This document shows positions 41,754-51,540 of a stretch of DNA of 64,000 nt, in pieces; position 1 is the first letter of the stretch, and each line of letters opens with the position of its first letter. A program made the position numbers and the translations under genes. The stretch comes from Candidatus Poseidoniales archaeon (GTDB lineage: Archaea > Thermoplasmatota > Poseidoniia > Poseidoniales > Poseidoniaceae): contig JAYNJV010000003.1 of the NCBI GenBank assembly GCA_038110525.1, positions 7,644-71,643 on the forward strand. The letters are read 5' to 3'. Below the pieces are notes generated by a model. It saw only the letters and a list, made by a program, of their open reading frames with translations, searched no databases and was not told the origin of the DNA.

Positions 41754-44324
41754 TTGTCCAACAACATGACCATGGAAGATGCTGGAATTAAGAATCTTCC
41801 ATTTGATGAAAAATTTAAGCGATTCCTCATCGATTCGTGGGGAATTGCTTCGCTGTATCCTCCTCAAATGCAAGCAATGAAACCCATCTTGAATGGAAAA
41901 AATACGCTTGTTTCCATTCCAACCGCTTCTGGAAAATCATTACTCGCATACACTGCCATCGTTCAATCATTACAAAAATACAAACCTGCAAAGGCCATTT
42001 ATATCGTGCCACTCAAAGCACTTGCAAGCGAAAAATACGAAGAATTAATGGAAATAGGTCAAGCATTAGGACTTCACATAGGATTAGCGATTGGCGACGC
42101 TACTTCTGAAACAAAAAATATCGATAAAGCAGATGTCCTCGTTTGTACCTCTGAAAAATTGGATTCCTTAATTCGACACAGAAGCGAACTTTTTGAACAA
42201 CTCCGGTGTATTGTAGCAGATGAATTTCACCTCATGAATGATGCTTCAAGAGGCCCTACCTTGGAAATGAACCTCACAAGATTACGATTGCATCATCCAC
42301 AGGCACAAATCATTGCTTTATCTGCCACTGTGGGCAATGTTCAGGAACTCGCTGACTGGCTTGATGCTGAGTTAATCTTATCCGAGTGGAGACCAGTCGA
42401 TTTAGAATACTCTACCTTTCATAATTTTCATGTCGAACCACGAAAAATTCAGGGTCATGGTTCTTCAAAAGTCAAATTATCGCCCCCTCGAACCTTACCA
42501 GGTTTAGTATCTCATCCAGTTTGGAGTGTCGTTGACGACGCAATGAACGAGGCCTCACAAGTGTTGTTGTTTGTGGGAACGCGAAAAAGTGCTCAGGCAG
42601 AGGCACGAAATTTGTCGAAACGAGTCTTGAAACGCCTCAAATGTGAAGATGTGGACAGAATTTCTCGTCTTTCTGAACTTGCCAATCAAATTGCCAATTC
42701 ATCAAATCAATCGAGCATATCCGATCACCTCGCAGAATCTATTCGAGGAGGAGTGGCCTTTCACCATGCAGGACTTACACACCAACAACGAAAAGTGGTT
42801 GAACATGCCTTCAAAGAAGGTCTTTTAATTGCCCTTACAGCAACTCCAACACTTGCTGCAGGAGTGAATTTGCCCGCTCGTCGAGTCTTGATTCGAGATT
42901 TGAAACGATGGGATGACGGCTTTAACCGACCATTGCCCATCATGGAGGTTCGTCAAATGATGGGAAGGGCGGGTCGTCCAAAATACGACACGAAAGGCGA
43001 GGCTTGGATCTATTGCAAAAATTCGGATGGTTGGGAGGAAGCTGATGCTGTATCCCAACGATATTTCTTTGGCCAAGTTGAAAATATTTCATCGAAACTT
43101 GCATCTGAACCGGCATTGAGAATGCATTTGCTTGCTCTTATTGCAACAGGAGGTTATTGTCACAAAGGAAAAATTCTTCATTTCTTCAAAAACACATTTC
43201 TTGGCAAGACTCTTCCCCCCTCACAACTTGAAGAACGTATTACTCAAATGCTGAATTGGCTTGTCGAGGAGCGATTTCTTAGGAATTTGGGGCCAGATGA
43301 ACAGTATGAACCTGAGGAACATCCACACCAAGATGGAGACGAACCATGGGACGATTCGATTCCTTCATGGGTCACTGCAGCAAAAGAAACAGAAGGTGTT
43401 GAATTTCAAAAACCCAACTCACAACCACACACATCAGCACATTCGGTTCCAACATTTGGATTTCAATCTGCTAATCAACTGCATCAACATCCTTCAATTG
43501 AAACACATCATAATGACGGAGGTAATATTCAGTATGAAGGTACTGAATTAGGGATTCGGATTTCTCAACTCTATATTGACCCTCTATCTGCAACGATTCT
43601 TCGAACAGGCCTTCGGCGATTTGTACGGCGTGCAGTACGACAAGATGGACCAATCTCAACCTTAGGCATGCTACATCTTGTATGCTCAACACCTGATTTC
43701 CCATCGTTATGGGCGAAATCTAAAGATTTAGAGCCAAATTCGCAGATGTTTCTTAAGATGAACAGTTCAGAAGACGAATTTGTTTTGGAACAAACCTATC
43801 TTGAAGACATGATTGCTAAAATCAAGAGTGCATGGATGCTTGAACAGTGGTGTGAAGAAGATTCATTTCGAACCTTGGAAACTACATTTGATGTTGCTCC
43901 AGGTGATGTGCATCAAAGGACAACTATTGCTGAGTGGTTGTTGTATTGTGCCAAAGAAATCCTCCTCCTCGATGATGTCTTTTCTCACGAACATTCCGCC
44001 TACATTGCCGATATTGCTCAAAGGTTTGGTTTAACCAAGCAAAGAATTCGCCATGGTTGTAAGGAAGATTTACTTCAGTTGGTCAACATTCGAAATATTG
44101 GTAGAAATCGAGCAAGGGAATTGGCATTGATGGGCTTGCGAACCCCGAAAGATGTGTACTCAATGGGTGCAAAACAAAGAATGGAACTTGAAAGCAAACG
44201 TGGTTGGGGCCCTGTTCTCATCGAATCAATCATGACAGAGATCAAGAAAGTTCTCAGAACTCAATCGAAGAAATCAACCAAACGGCTTGACGACACTCCC
44301 CTTGAAGGAGAACGAAGCGACTGA
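41754..44324 (+). CDS. Hel308/Hjm-type Ski2-like ATP-dependent DNA helicase carrying an acidic insertion
   Basis: Q-motif / Walker A 'IPTASGKSLLAY', DExH 'IVADEFHLMND', motif VI 'QMMGRAGRPKYD', and a Hel308 winged-helix/ratchet plus HhH C-terminus. An 80-90 aa low-complexity acidic/His-rich insert ('EPEEHPHQDGDEPWDD...HHNDGG') makes it 856 aa. Confidence 0.85.
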   Translation: MSNNMTMEDAGIKNLPFDEKFKRFLIDSWGIASLYPPQMQAMKPILNGKNTLVSIPTASGKSLLAYTAIVQSLQKYKPAKAIYIVPLKALASEKYEELMEIGQALGLHIGLAIGDATSETKNIDKADVLVCTSEKLDSLIRHRSELFEQLRCIVADEFHLMNDASRGPTLEMNLTRLRLHHPQAQIIALSATVGNVQELADWLDAELILSEWRPVDLEYSTFHNFHVEPRKIQGHGSSKVKLSPPRTLPGLVSHPVWSVVDDAMNEASQVLLFVGTRKSAQAEARNLSKRVLKRLKCEDVDRISRLSELANQIANSSNQSSISDHLAESIRGGVAFHHAGLTHQQRKVVEHAFKEGLLIALTATPTLAAGVNLPARRVLIRDLKRWDDGFNRPLPIMEVRQMMGRAGRPKYDTKGEAWIYCKNSDGWEEADAVSQRYFFGQVENISSKLASEPALRMHLLALIATGGYCHKGKILHFFKNTFLGKTLPPSQLEERITQMLNWLVEERFLRNLGPDEQYEPEEHPHQDGDEPWDDSIPSWVTAAKETEGVEFQKPNSQPHTSAHSVPTFGFQSANQLHQHPSIETHHNDGGNIQYEGTELGIRISQLYIDPLSATILRTGLRRFVRRAVRQDGPISTLGMLHLVCSTPDFPSLWAKSKDLEPNSQMFLKMNSSEDEFVLEQTYLEDMIAKIKSAWMLEQWCEEDSFRTLETTFDVAPGDVHQRTTIAEWLLYCAKEILLLDDVFSHEHSAYIADIAQRFGLTKQRIRHGCKEDLLQLVNIRNIGRNRARELALMGLRTPKDVYSMGAKQRMELESKRGWGPVLIESIMTEIKKVLRTQSKKSTKRLDDTPLEGERSD

Positions 44325-44353
44325 TTCAAAAAGTTGGAGCATGACGGTGAATT

Positions 44354-44899
44354 ATGGAGTCATTTCCCAAGTTTGCGTGGCGAAGAAAAGGTAGTGAATC
44401 CGACCCGGATTTTATTTCTACATTCATCAGCAATAGGCCAAGTAATCGCTGGGTTATGTGTCATAGTGAGGTAATTTTTTCAGACTTCCAACTTTGGACA
44501 GCTTGGGAAGCATCCATTCGTAGATTTGAACGGAAAACAGCTTTGGCAAGAACCATTGATGCGGAGTTTTTGCGGTATTTAGCCGGTACCCACCATGTAT
44601 CTGAAGCATTTTCAAGGGCTGGAGTTGACATGGATTCAATTACCGGTTGGTTGATTTATCTACCTGAGGCTGGATTCGATGAAATCGAAGGTGTGATTCA
44701 ACTCACAGAGGTACAAAACTCGGACGTCAATGCAATTGCAGAGTCGCTCCTTGATTTCTTGGGTTGTGAAATAGATGAATCTACTCGAACACCAAATGTA
44801 GAAGGATTGAATCAACTCGGTATTCAAGATTTTACTGAGCCAGTTGATTTTGAAATCTTAGCAATTTCACATATACACTTCGCTGATTTACAATCTTAA
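44354..44899 (+). CDS. probable KEOPS complex subunit Cgi121
   Basis: 'FLRYLAGTHHVSEAFSRAG' resembles the Cgi121 'L.ASG.RQI.EAI...G' core. The size and archaeal context fit. Moderate confidence. Confidence 0.45.
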   Translation: MESFPKFAWRRKGSESDPDFISTFISNRPSNRWVMCHSEVIFSDFQLWTAWEASIRRFERKTALARTIDAEFLRYLAGTHHVSEAFSRAGVDMDSITGWLIYLPEAGFDEIEGVIQLTEVQNSDVNAIAESLLDFLGCEIDESTRTPNVEGLNQLGIQDFTEPVDFEILAISHIHFADLQS

Positions 44900-44945
44900 C
44901 CCAATTTTTAGGAGGGTTAAAGGACTCCATCAATTTCGCAATATC

Positions 44946-46382
44946 ATGGTCATTTCATCTGAACACAGTGGGCGTGCAGATTTCTCAAATCGATACCTCG
45001 ATTCTCGAAAAATTGCCAAGGCGATTGACCTTGCCATCAACGAGGGTGCTCAATACGCAGAAGCTCGACTGGTTGCCCTCACTGAAACTGACATAAAGAT
45101 GAAAGATGGACAAATCGAATCAGCAGTTCCAGGCCAGCAAGTTGGACTTACGCTGAGGGTTCTTGTCGATGGTTCCTGGGGAATTCATTCAACCACTGAC
45201 TTTCACCAAATTCACGAACAAGTACCATCAACAGTAAAACTTGCCAAGGCTGTTGCAAATCGAAGGGCATCAAATGTCCCTCCAATCGATCTCGCAGAGG
45301 TACCAATCTACCAAGATGAAGTTCATTGGCAAACAAAAAAGGATGTTCGAACGACTGAACTCGAGGAAAAATTAGGTTATATGCGTGAATTTACATCCTC
45401 TGTTCATCACGATTCCATTCAATCGGTGAAGTGCGGTTGGATGGATGAACACATTCACACCGAATTGGTCACTTCAGAAGGCATGGATAGAGTTTGGTCT
45501 TTTCAACGCACATTGATGCATGCGACATTAGAGGGGCGTTCAGGGACCAATGTCATGTCATACAGAACCCGAGTAGGAGGTGAAGGTGGTGTCGAAATCA
45601 TCGAAAATGCAGATTTAGATGCCCTTGCTACGAAAGCTGAAAAATCCACTGTACGACTTCTAAATGCAAGTTCAGCACCATCAGGAAAAATGCCTCTTGT
45701 AGCAGACCCTGACCTCACCGGAGTCTACATCCACGAAGCACTTGGGCACCCTTGTGAAGCAGATTTAGTGGCTGCTGGTGATTCTTGCCTTGATGGGAAA
45801 CTTGGGCAGAAGATAGGTAGTGACATTGTGACCGTTGTTGATGACCCTACGCTACGTGGCGGTTACGGAGCATTTCCTATCGATGATGAGGGCTTGAACA
45901 CGCGTGAAAAATTATTGATTAAGAACGGCGTTCTCACCGAATATCTCAATCACAGAGAAACAGCACATCATTTTGGAATTGAACCAAATGCTGGGGCAAG
46001 AGCACAAGATGGATTGCACCATCCAATGGTACGAATGTCAAACACAATTATTCAAGGTGGAACTCACAAAGACCTTGACGACCTCCTTGCAGACATCCAG
46101 TTTGGCGTTTATGCATGTGGCTCAAGAGGTGGCCAAGTTGACACTGGACGTGGTTCATTCCAATTTTCTGCACAAGAATCATGGCTCATTGAAAATGGTG
46201 AATTAACGACTCCTCTCAAAGACGTGAGTGTGAGTGGAATGACCCTTGAAATTCTCAATAACGTGGACGGATTAACAAAAGATGCTACTATCGCTTCACC
46301 AGGTTTCTGCGGTAAAGGACAAACAGTTCCAGTTGGTGATGGTGGCCCACTTATGAGAATCAAAGAAGCTCTGGTTGGTTGA
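44946..46382 (+). CDS. tldD: TldD-family metalloprotease
   Basis: 478 aa. 'HEALGHPCEADL' metal-binding motif and 'GGQVDTGRGSF' near the C-terminus. Confidence 0.85.
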   Translation: MVISSEHSGRADFSNRYLDSRKIAKAIDLAINEGAQYAEARLVALTETDIKMKDGQIESAVPGQQVGLTLRVLVDGSWGIHSTTDFHQIHEQVPSTVKLAKAVANRRASNVPPIDLAEVPIYQDEVHWQTKKDVRTTELEEKLGYMREFTSSVHHDSIQSVKCGWMDEHIHTELVTSEGMDRVWSFQRTLMHATLEGRSGTNVMSYRTRVGGEGGVEIIENADLDALATKAEKSTVRLLNASSAPSGKMPLVADPDLTGVYIHEALGHPCEADLVAAGDSCLDGKLGQKIGSDIVTVVDDPTLRGGYGAFPIDDEGLNTREKLLIKNGVLTEYLNHRETAHHFGIEPNAGARAQDGLHHPMVRMSNTIIQGGTHKDLDDLLADIQFGVYACGSRGGQVDTGRGSFQFSAQESWLIENGELTTPLKDVSVSGMTLEILNNVDGLTKDATIASPGFCGKGQTVPVGDGGPLMRIKEALVG

Positions 46383-46385
46383 AGT

Positions 46386-47771
46386 ATGATTCCAACAGAT
46401 GCTCTCGATAGGTTGCTCCAAAAGGCAGATGTTATTGCTGATGCTTGCAAAAATGCAGGTGTTGAACAATGGGACATTATTGGTATGCAAACCTACAACG
46501 AAGGTGTCGAGATCGAAGCGGGAAAAATTAGCCTCGCCGGAGGCGGTGGTGACGGTGGTTTCGGCATTCGAGTGGTGGACCAAGGCCGCTTCGGCTTCGC
46601 CCATCTGGTCGATGTTCAGAACGTTTCTTCCGCAATTGAGTTAGCAAAAAAAATTGCAAATATCTCGCCGCAAATCCAAGGATTTGATTTACCTTCATTT
46701 GAATCAACAAAGAAGGTAGATGGTATGTTTGACAAATCCATTGTCGCTACCAGTTCAGAGGATTTGCTTCAAAATGCTGACGATATTCTTGCCCACGTTG
46801 CTTCAAAAAATGAGCATGCAATCGTCACGGGGGGCGGCATTGAAGTTTCAACCACAGCATCATGCCTCATCTCAAGTTCGGGCATTGAAGAATCCGGAGA
46901 ATCAACAATGAACTCAATTGGAGTGCAACTTTCTATAGAGAAAGATTCGTTTTCTTCAAGTTATGATCACCAAAGTTCAAGGGTCAAATTAGATGCCATT
47001 CCTCATTGTATTGACAACGCTCTTTATTGGGCTGAAATGACTCAAAATCCAATCAAGCACAATCTCTCTGCCGAAGAGGCACAAGTGATATTCACACCCT
47101 CTGCATTTTCAAGCCTGTTCAAATATATCGTGCCAAACTCTGTCATTGGCGAACGTGTAGCAAGAAATATTTCGGTTTGGTCAAACCAAATGGGTAAGCA
47201 GGTCATTGACCCTCATCTTACCATCACCAATAACGGACGATTGGAGGGTGGGCTTGCCTCTTCATCTCGAGATGATGAAGGCGTCCCAACACAAATTTTA
47301 CCACTGATTAAACAAGGAGTATTGATGAATACGTTGTGGTCCGTTCGAGATGCAGCAGAAATGGTTCAAGAAGGAAAAGTCGAATCGGCACAAACAACAG
47401 GTTCTGCGTTTCGGTCAAGTTATCAATCTCCACCTGCAACATCTTGCTCTGAAATGATATTAGAAACGACAAAAAAGCAACACAGTAGAGCTGAATTGCT
47501 CGACATTATCAACACTGGCTACATTATTCAAGATGTGATGGGTGCACATACTGCCAACCCCACATCTGGTGATTTTTCAGTCACCTCCAGCACAATTTTA
47601 CGAGTCGAAAATGGCGAGATTGTTGGACCGCTATCTCAGGCTGGAATTTCGGGGAACCTCATATCAGCGCTTCAGTCCAATGTTGAACTTGGCCACGAGA
47701 TTTCTGTCCGTGGACGATTCCATCTCCCAGATGTTGCTTTGCAATCAAATATCAAAATCAATCCTGCTTGA
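46386..47771 (+). CDS. pmbA: PmbA/TldE-family protein (TldD partner)
   Basis: 461 aa paralog lacking the HExxxH motif, immediately downstream of tldD with a 3-nt gap. This matches the TldD/TldE pair architecture. Confidence 0.8.
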   Translation: MIPTDALDRLLQKADVIADACKNAGVEQWDIIGMQTYNEGVEIEAGKISLAGGGGDGGFGIRVVDQGRFGFAHLVDVQNVSSAIELAKKIANISPQIQGFDLPSFESTKKVDGMFDKSIVATSSEDLLQNADDILAHVASKNEHAIVTGGGIEVSTTASCLISSSGIEESGESTMNSIGVQLSIEKDSFSSSYDHQSSRVKLDAIPHCIDNALYWAEMTQNPIKHNLSAEEAQVIFTPSAFSSLFKYIVPNSVIGERVARNISVWSNQMGKQVIDPHLTITNNGRLEGGLASSSRDDEGVPTQILPLIKQGVLMNTLWSVRDAAEMVQEGKVESAQTTGSAFRSSYQSPPATSCSEMILETTKKQHSRAELLDIINTGYIIQDVMGAHTANPTSGDFSVTSSTILRVENGEIVGPLSQAGISGNLISALQSNVELGHEISVRGRFHLPDVALQSNIKINPA

Positions 47772-47842
47772 TTGCTTCATCACGTCTGCAATTTTTTGAA
47801 TAACATTGTTTATACCCTGTCGTCAATGGTATCTTTTACCAT

Positions 47843-47848
47843 GGAGGT
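47843..47848 (+). promoter_or_regulatory. Shine-Dalgarno-like ribosome-binding site (GGAGGT) 2 nt upstream of the RPA ATG
   Basis: 'ccatGGAGGTaaATGgag' read directly. A 'gtTTATAcc' TATA-like element lies about 40 nt further upstream. Confidence 0.45.
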
Positions 47849-47850
47849 AA

Positions 47851-49623
47851 ATGGAGTGTATTGTCTTCCCCAACCCGCACGAAAAACCATCGCCTGTCCT
47901 CTTGTCAGGCTTAGAGAACACACGCTTGACGGAGGCTTGTTTAATGAGTGATTCAAAGTATTCAGATTACATTGATGCTGTATTGAAAGAAATTCCTGAT
48001 GCATCACCGGATGAGATTCATTCGGCCTTTGAAAAATATGAAAATGAATTTTATATTCCTCCTCAAGATGCATTGAGGTCTGTTTTACGTAAGTTTCAAA
48101 GTGAAACAGACACTCCTTCAAAGTCGAAACCAATTCAACAACGACAAACAAAAAAGGTTGTCCAATTCAATGAATTAAAGGGTGATGACAAAGATGTTGA
48201 AATCGAAGTCGCGGTGGTTTCTCACAATCTTCGTCAGCAACTCATTCGTGGTGAGGAACGACAAATCGCATTTGGAATGATTGAAGACCTTCCTTGGGAA
48301 GATGAACAAAAAAGAACAAGGTGGGAGTACAAGGATTGGGGCAGTAACTCTCAATTGCTCCCAGGTAGTATCATCCGACTCGAAGGAGCATCTGTCAATG
48401 AATATAATGGAAAAATGTCCATCAACATCAACCAAAGCTCAAGAATCGTTGTCCTTCAAGAAGGAACAGGTACAACGGTCAAAACCGAAGATCCACAAGA
48501 TATTGCTGAACTGCCAAACGATGGATATGTTACAGTTGTCGGCAGAGTTCTGTCCATTAAAAACGACCAAATTCATCGAAGAGATGGTTCTGGCTCAATT
48601 GACGTGGTTCGTGGTCGTATTGCGGATTCATCCGGACATATCGGTTTTCTTTCATGGGAACCATTTTCTCACGAAGTCGGTGCTTTGATCAAAATCTCTG
48701 GAGCACAAATTAAAACCTTTAGAGACACACCTGAATTAAATTTTGGACGAACGACAAAAATCGAACCATATCACGATTCTAAATTCTCTTCTGTTGACGA
48801 TTTGAAGCAATCCTCGATGACAACGATTTCAAACCTTCGAGATGGAACAAGAGATGCAGATGTTATCGTGCAAATTACGGATTGGATGAAACGTACATTT
48901 GAACGGGATGGAGAAGAGCGACACCTGTGGTCAGGACAAGCCATCGACCCTACTGGTTCGTGCAAAATGACGGTATGGGAAGAAGTTTCTTTTGATGCGA
49001 AAGACCTCCCAATATTTGTGAAAATAACCTCTGCTCGTGTTACCGCTTGGCAAGGTATTCCCGACATTATGGTTGATTCTGCCTCTCAATTGACCGTTCT
49101 TGAAGACCCCCCTTGGGAGGGAGACATCGATCCTGAATCTCATTTTGTCGAGGTGAAACTCGATGATTTAGTTGCTGGAGGCTCACGCGTTGGCATTGAA
49201 ACCCAAGGCACAATCGTGAGTGTGAAGGAGGATTCTGGCCTCATTTTGCGTTGTTCCGAATGCCGCAAAGTCATGAGGGAAGGACGCTGTTTTGAGCATG
49301 GTGAGCAACCAGGAGAAGAAGACATTCGATTACGCCTCATTCTTGATGCCCATGGCTCAACCGCATCTATTCTTGCTAACAAGGAGGCTTCTTTGCACTT
49401 GACTGGACTCGACGAAAAAGAATTCAAGAAGTCCATCGAGGCTGGTCAAGACCAGTTTATGATGGACTTGCGCTCTCGACTGCTCACTTCTTTTGCTGTG
49501 GTCAAAGGTAGGGCAATTATTGATGGACAGGGAGCCATGATTCTTGCATCAGAAATTAGTATCCCTGAACGAGATCCACAAATGAGGGCGACTGAATTAC
49601 GTGCATTGTGGGGGTGGGACTAA
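47851..49623 (+). CDS. rpa1: replication protein A, large subunit (multiple OB folds plus a zinc ribbon)
   Basis: OB-fold signatures ('DVEIEVAVVS', 'YVTVVGRVLSIKND...IDVVRGRIADSSGHIGFLSWE') and a Zn motif 'CSECRKVMREGRCFEHG'. This is the archaeal RPA1-like architecture. Confidence 0.75.
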   Translation: MECIVFPNPHEKPSPVLLSGLENTRLTEACLMSDSKYSDYIDAVLKEIPDASPDEIHSAFEKYENEFYIPPQDALRSVLRKFQSETDTPSKSKPIQQRQTKKVVQFNELKGDDKDVEIEVAVVSHNLRQQLIRGEERQIAFGMIEDLPWEDEQKRTRWEYKDWGSNSQLLPGSIIRLEGASVNEYNGKMSININQSSRIVVLQEGTGTTVKTEDPQDIAELPNDGYVTVVGRVLSIKNDQIHRRDGSGSIDVVRGRIADSSGHIGFLSWEPFSHEVGALIKISGAQIKTFRDTPELNFGRTTKIEPYHDSKFSSVDDLKQSSMTTISNLRDGTRDADVIVQITDWMKRTFERDGEERHLWSGQAIDPTGSCKMTVWEEVSFDAKDLPIFVKITSARVTAWQGIPDIMVDSASQLTVLEDPPWEGDIDPESHFVEVKLDDLVAGGSRVGIETQGTIVSVKEDSGLILRCSECRKVMREGRCFEHGEQPGEEDIRLRLILDAHGSTASILANKEASLHLTGLDEKEFKKSIEAGQDQFMMDLRSRLLTSFAVVKGRAIIDGQGAMILASEISIPERDPQMRATELRALWGWD

Positions 49624-50543
49624 TGGAGCAACGACAAATTGTTCGGCAACCAAGCGAGCTTATGCTCGCTTCTGAATTTGGAAGTTCCCATCTGCACGAA
49701 AAAGGACCTGGTGAATATGACCCTACTTTTGTCATCACGAAACTTGGTTGTAAAGTCAACAGAATCGTAGTCGCAGGACTGCTCGAAAGACTTGAAGTAA
49801 GGGAAACTTCAAACGGAACTCAAATGTATCAAGGTCAAATTCGAGACCCCACAGGTTTGTTTTACTTTTCAATCGGCGAATATTCGTCTTTATCACTTCA
49901 AGAGTTAATTCACCAACTTCATGAACGAGTGTCATCAAGTGAACCCATTCTCGTTGGTTTGATTGCGAAAACAAGGTGGTATCAATCTGAGGATGGAGGG
50001 GTATACACTTCTTTACGACCTGAGGAGATGACCGAGATCACTCGACAAAAGTATGCAAATTGGCTCCTTGATGCTGCAGAATCAACCTACAATAGAATTC
50101 AATACTGGTCATCATCTCTTGAGGTTGAAGCAACCTTGGAAGGCTTTTCAAACACGGACATTCCTCAACGCCTCCATCAATCCATGGTGGCTGCTCGACA
50201 CCATTATGGCGAGGTCGACCTCGAGGTTTTCAAACTAAATGTCATGCAAGCACTCGATATTGCTGAAGGAAAAATCGAAGCAGCAACAACACCCCCGCCT
50301 GAAATCCGTTTACCAATCAATGAAGAGACTGACTCAGGTGATCAATCGGTTGGTGACCTCATCAAGACGGTCATCTCACACTTCGACCAAGGCGAAGGCG
50401 TTCAATATCAAACCATCATGTCAAATACGATGTCCAAAGGATTCGATCGGGAAACCACTGAGGAAGCCATTGACCATTTGATTCAAAATGGCGTGATTGA
50501 AGAACCACGTTTTGGTTGGTTCATTATGATTCATGGCCAATAG
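49608..50543 (+). CDS. RPA-associated OB-fold protein (RPA2/Rpa32-like) with a C-terminal winged helix
   Basis: Overlaps rpa1 by 16 nt. OB-fold 'CKVNRIVVAGLLERLEVRETSNGTQMYQGQIRDPTGLFYFSIG'. C-terminal 'EEAIDHLIQNGVIEEPRFGWFIMI' winged-helix-like. Start probably at the MEQRQ Met. Confidence 0.6.
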   Translation: MGVGLMEQRQIVRQPSELMLASEFGSSHLHEKGPGEYDPTFVITKLGCKVNRIVVAGLLERLEVRETSNGTQMYQGQIRDPTGLFYFSIGEYSSLSLQELIHQLHERVSSSEPILVGLIAKTRWYQSEDGGVYTSLRPEEMTEITRQKYANWLLDAAESTYNRIQYWSSSLEVEATLEGFSNTDIPQRLHQSMVAARHHYGEVDLEVFKLNVMQALDIAEGKIEAATTPPPEIRLPINEETDSGDQSVGDLIKTVISHFDQGEGVQYQTIMSNTMSKGFDRETTEEAIDHLIQNGVIEEPRFGWFIMIHGQ

Positions 50544-50588
50544 TTTGACCCGTCAAATTGAATACCTTCACTTAACCTCCCTTGCTCA

Positions 50589-50942
50589 ATGGCTGGCATC
50601 GATTTCTTTATTCGTCCCGCGACCTCAACTTCCAGTTCGGATTGGATGCGAATTCCAAATGCTGATATTCATGTCCGAATGACGAGAAGACTCACTCGAA
50701 CTGTTCTCCGTGGGGGTGAAGGCGATGACCTACATGATGAGGGTTCAGAATCTTCCGTGTATAGCGTTCGTGGTGAATTAAATATGGATGATTACAAGAA
50801 AATCGTTGCCATGTTTCGTACTGGTCAACCGTTCATCCATGACCCATTTGATGAACGAGATGTCAAAGTTATTTTTTCGGTTTTAGAATACGATAGTCAA
50901 GACGGTTCATTTGTGTTTGAATTTATTGAAGATGTAATTTGA
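50589..50942 (+). CDS. hypothetical protein, first gene of the pilus-assembly operon
   Basis: 117-aa intact ORF, 10 nt upstream of the T2SSF-domain gene. Acidic. No family recognised. Confidence 0.4.
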   Translation: MAGIDFFIRPATSTSSSDWMRIPNADIHVRMTRRLTRTVLRGGEGDDLHDEGSESSVYSVRGELNMDDYKKIVAMFRTGQPFIHDPFDERDVKVIFSVLEYDSQDGSFVFEFIEDVI

Positions 50943-50952
50943 TGGTGAAACA

Positions 50953-51534
50953 ATGCGAAGCCTTCAGGAAAAAAGAGAACTTCTCTATGTCATTCGAACG
51001 TTGGATGTGCTCATTTCTTCAGGTGTTGGTTTAGAAGCAGCTTTGCATACCATCGGAAAGGGCGGTTATGGCGTTATTTCTGAAGACTTTTCAAGCATGA
51101 TGGAACGACTGACTTCAGGTAAAACACGTGGATTAGGTGATGAACTTAAAGCACTTCAAAAGACTGCTGAATCCAAGGGTTACCAACGGCTCCTTAACAC
51201 ACTCTACACGAATGTTACCCAGAACACTGACCTTGTTGATACACTCAAAAAGCAAGGTGCAAGAATGGAAGAAGAGCGAACCGAAGAAGTGGAAAAATAC
51301 ATCGAAACACTTGGAGGCGTTCCGGAATCACTCTTATCAATCGGTATGATTGGCCCAATTATCCTCGCCATCATTGGTCTTGTTCCACAAATCATGTCTG
51401 GCGACCTCGGTGCATTCATGAGTTTACCCGATGCGGCTGTAATGAATTCGGTGGTCAATGTTGGACTTATTCTGACGCTCGTTGCTATGTTTTTCATTGG
51501 CTTAAAGGCACACACGAAGGACCCAGGGCTGTGA
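50953..51534 (+). CDS. type II secretion system F-domain membrane protein (FlaJ/TadB/TadC-like), N-terminal half
   Basis: Cytoplasmic T2SSF helical domain ('LISSGVGLEAALHTIGKGGYGVISEDFSSMMERLTSGKT') followed by two transmembrane helices. Ends at TGA 51532-51534, in-frame with the next ORF. Confidence 0.65.
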   Translation: MRSLQEKRELLYVIRTLDVLISSGVGLEAALHTIGKGGYGVISEDFSSMMERLTSGKTRGLGDELKALQKTAESKGYQRLLNTLYTNVTQNTDLVDTLKKQGARMEEERTEEVEKYIETLGGVPESLLSIGMIGPIILAIIGLVPQIMSGDLGAFMSLPDAAVMNSVVNVGLILTLVAMFFIGLKAHTKDPGL

Positions 51535-51540
51535 TACCTT

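Noticed and set aside
43260-43560. Insertion in Hel308 read as an intein
   Set aside because: The insert is short (about 85 aa), low-complexity and acidic, and lacks the N-terminal Cys/Ser, block B TxxH and the C-terminal HN plus Cys/Ser/Thr intein motifs.
51532-51534. In-frame TGA in the FlaJ/TadC-like gene read as selenocysteine
   Set aside because: There is no functional reason for Sec in a transmembrane platform protein and no SECIS-like structure is evident nearby. Nonsense mutation, sequencing error or a split gene is more parsimonious. Kept as a finding, but not as Sec.
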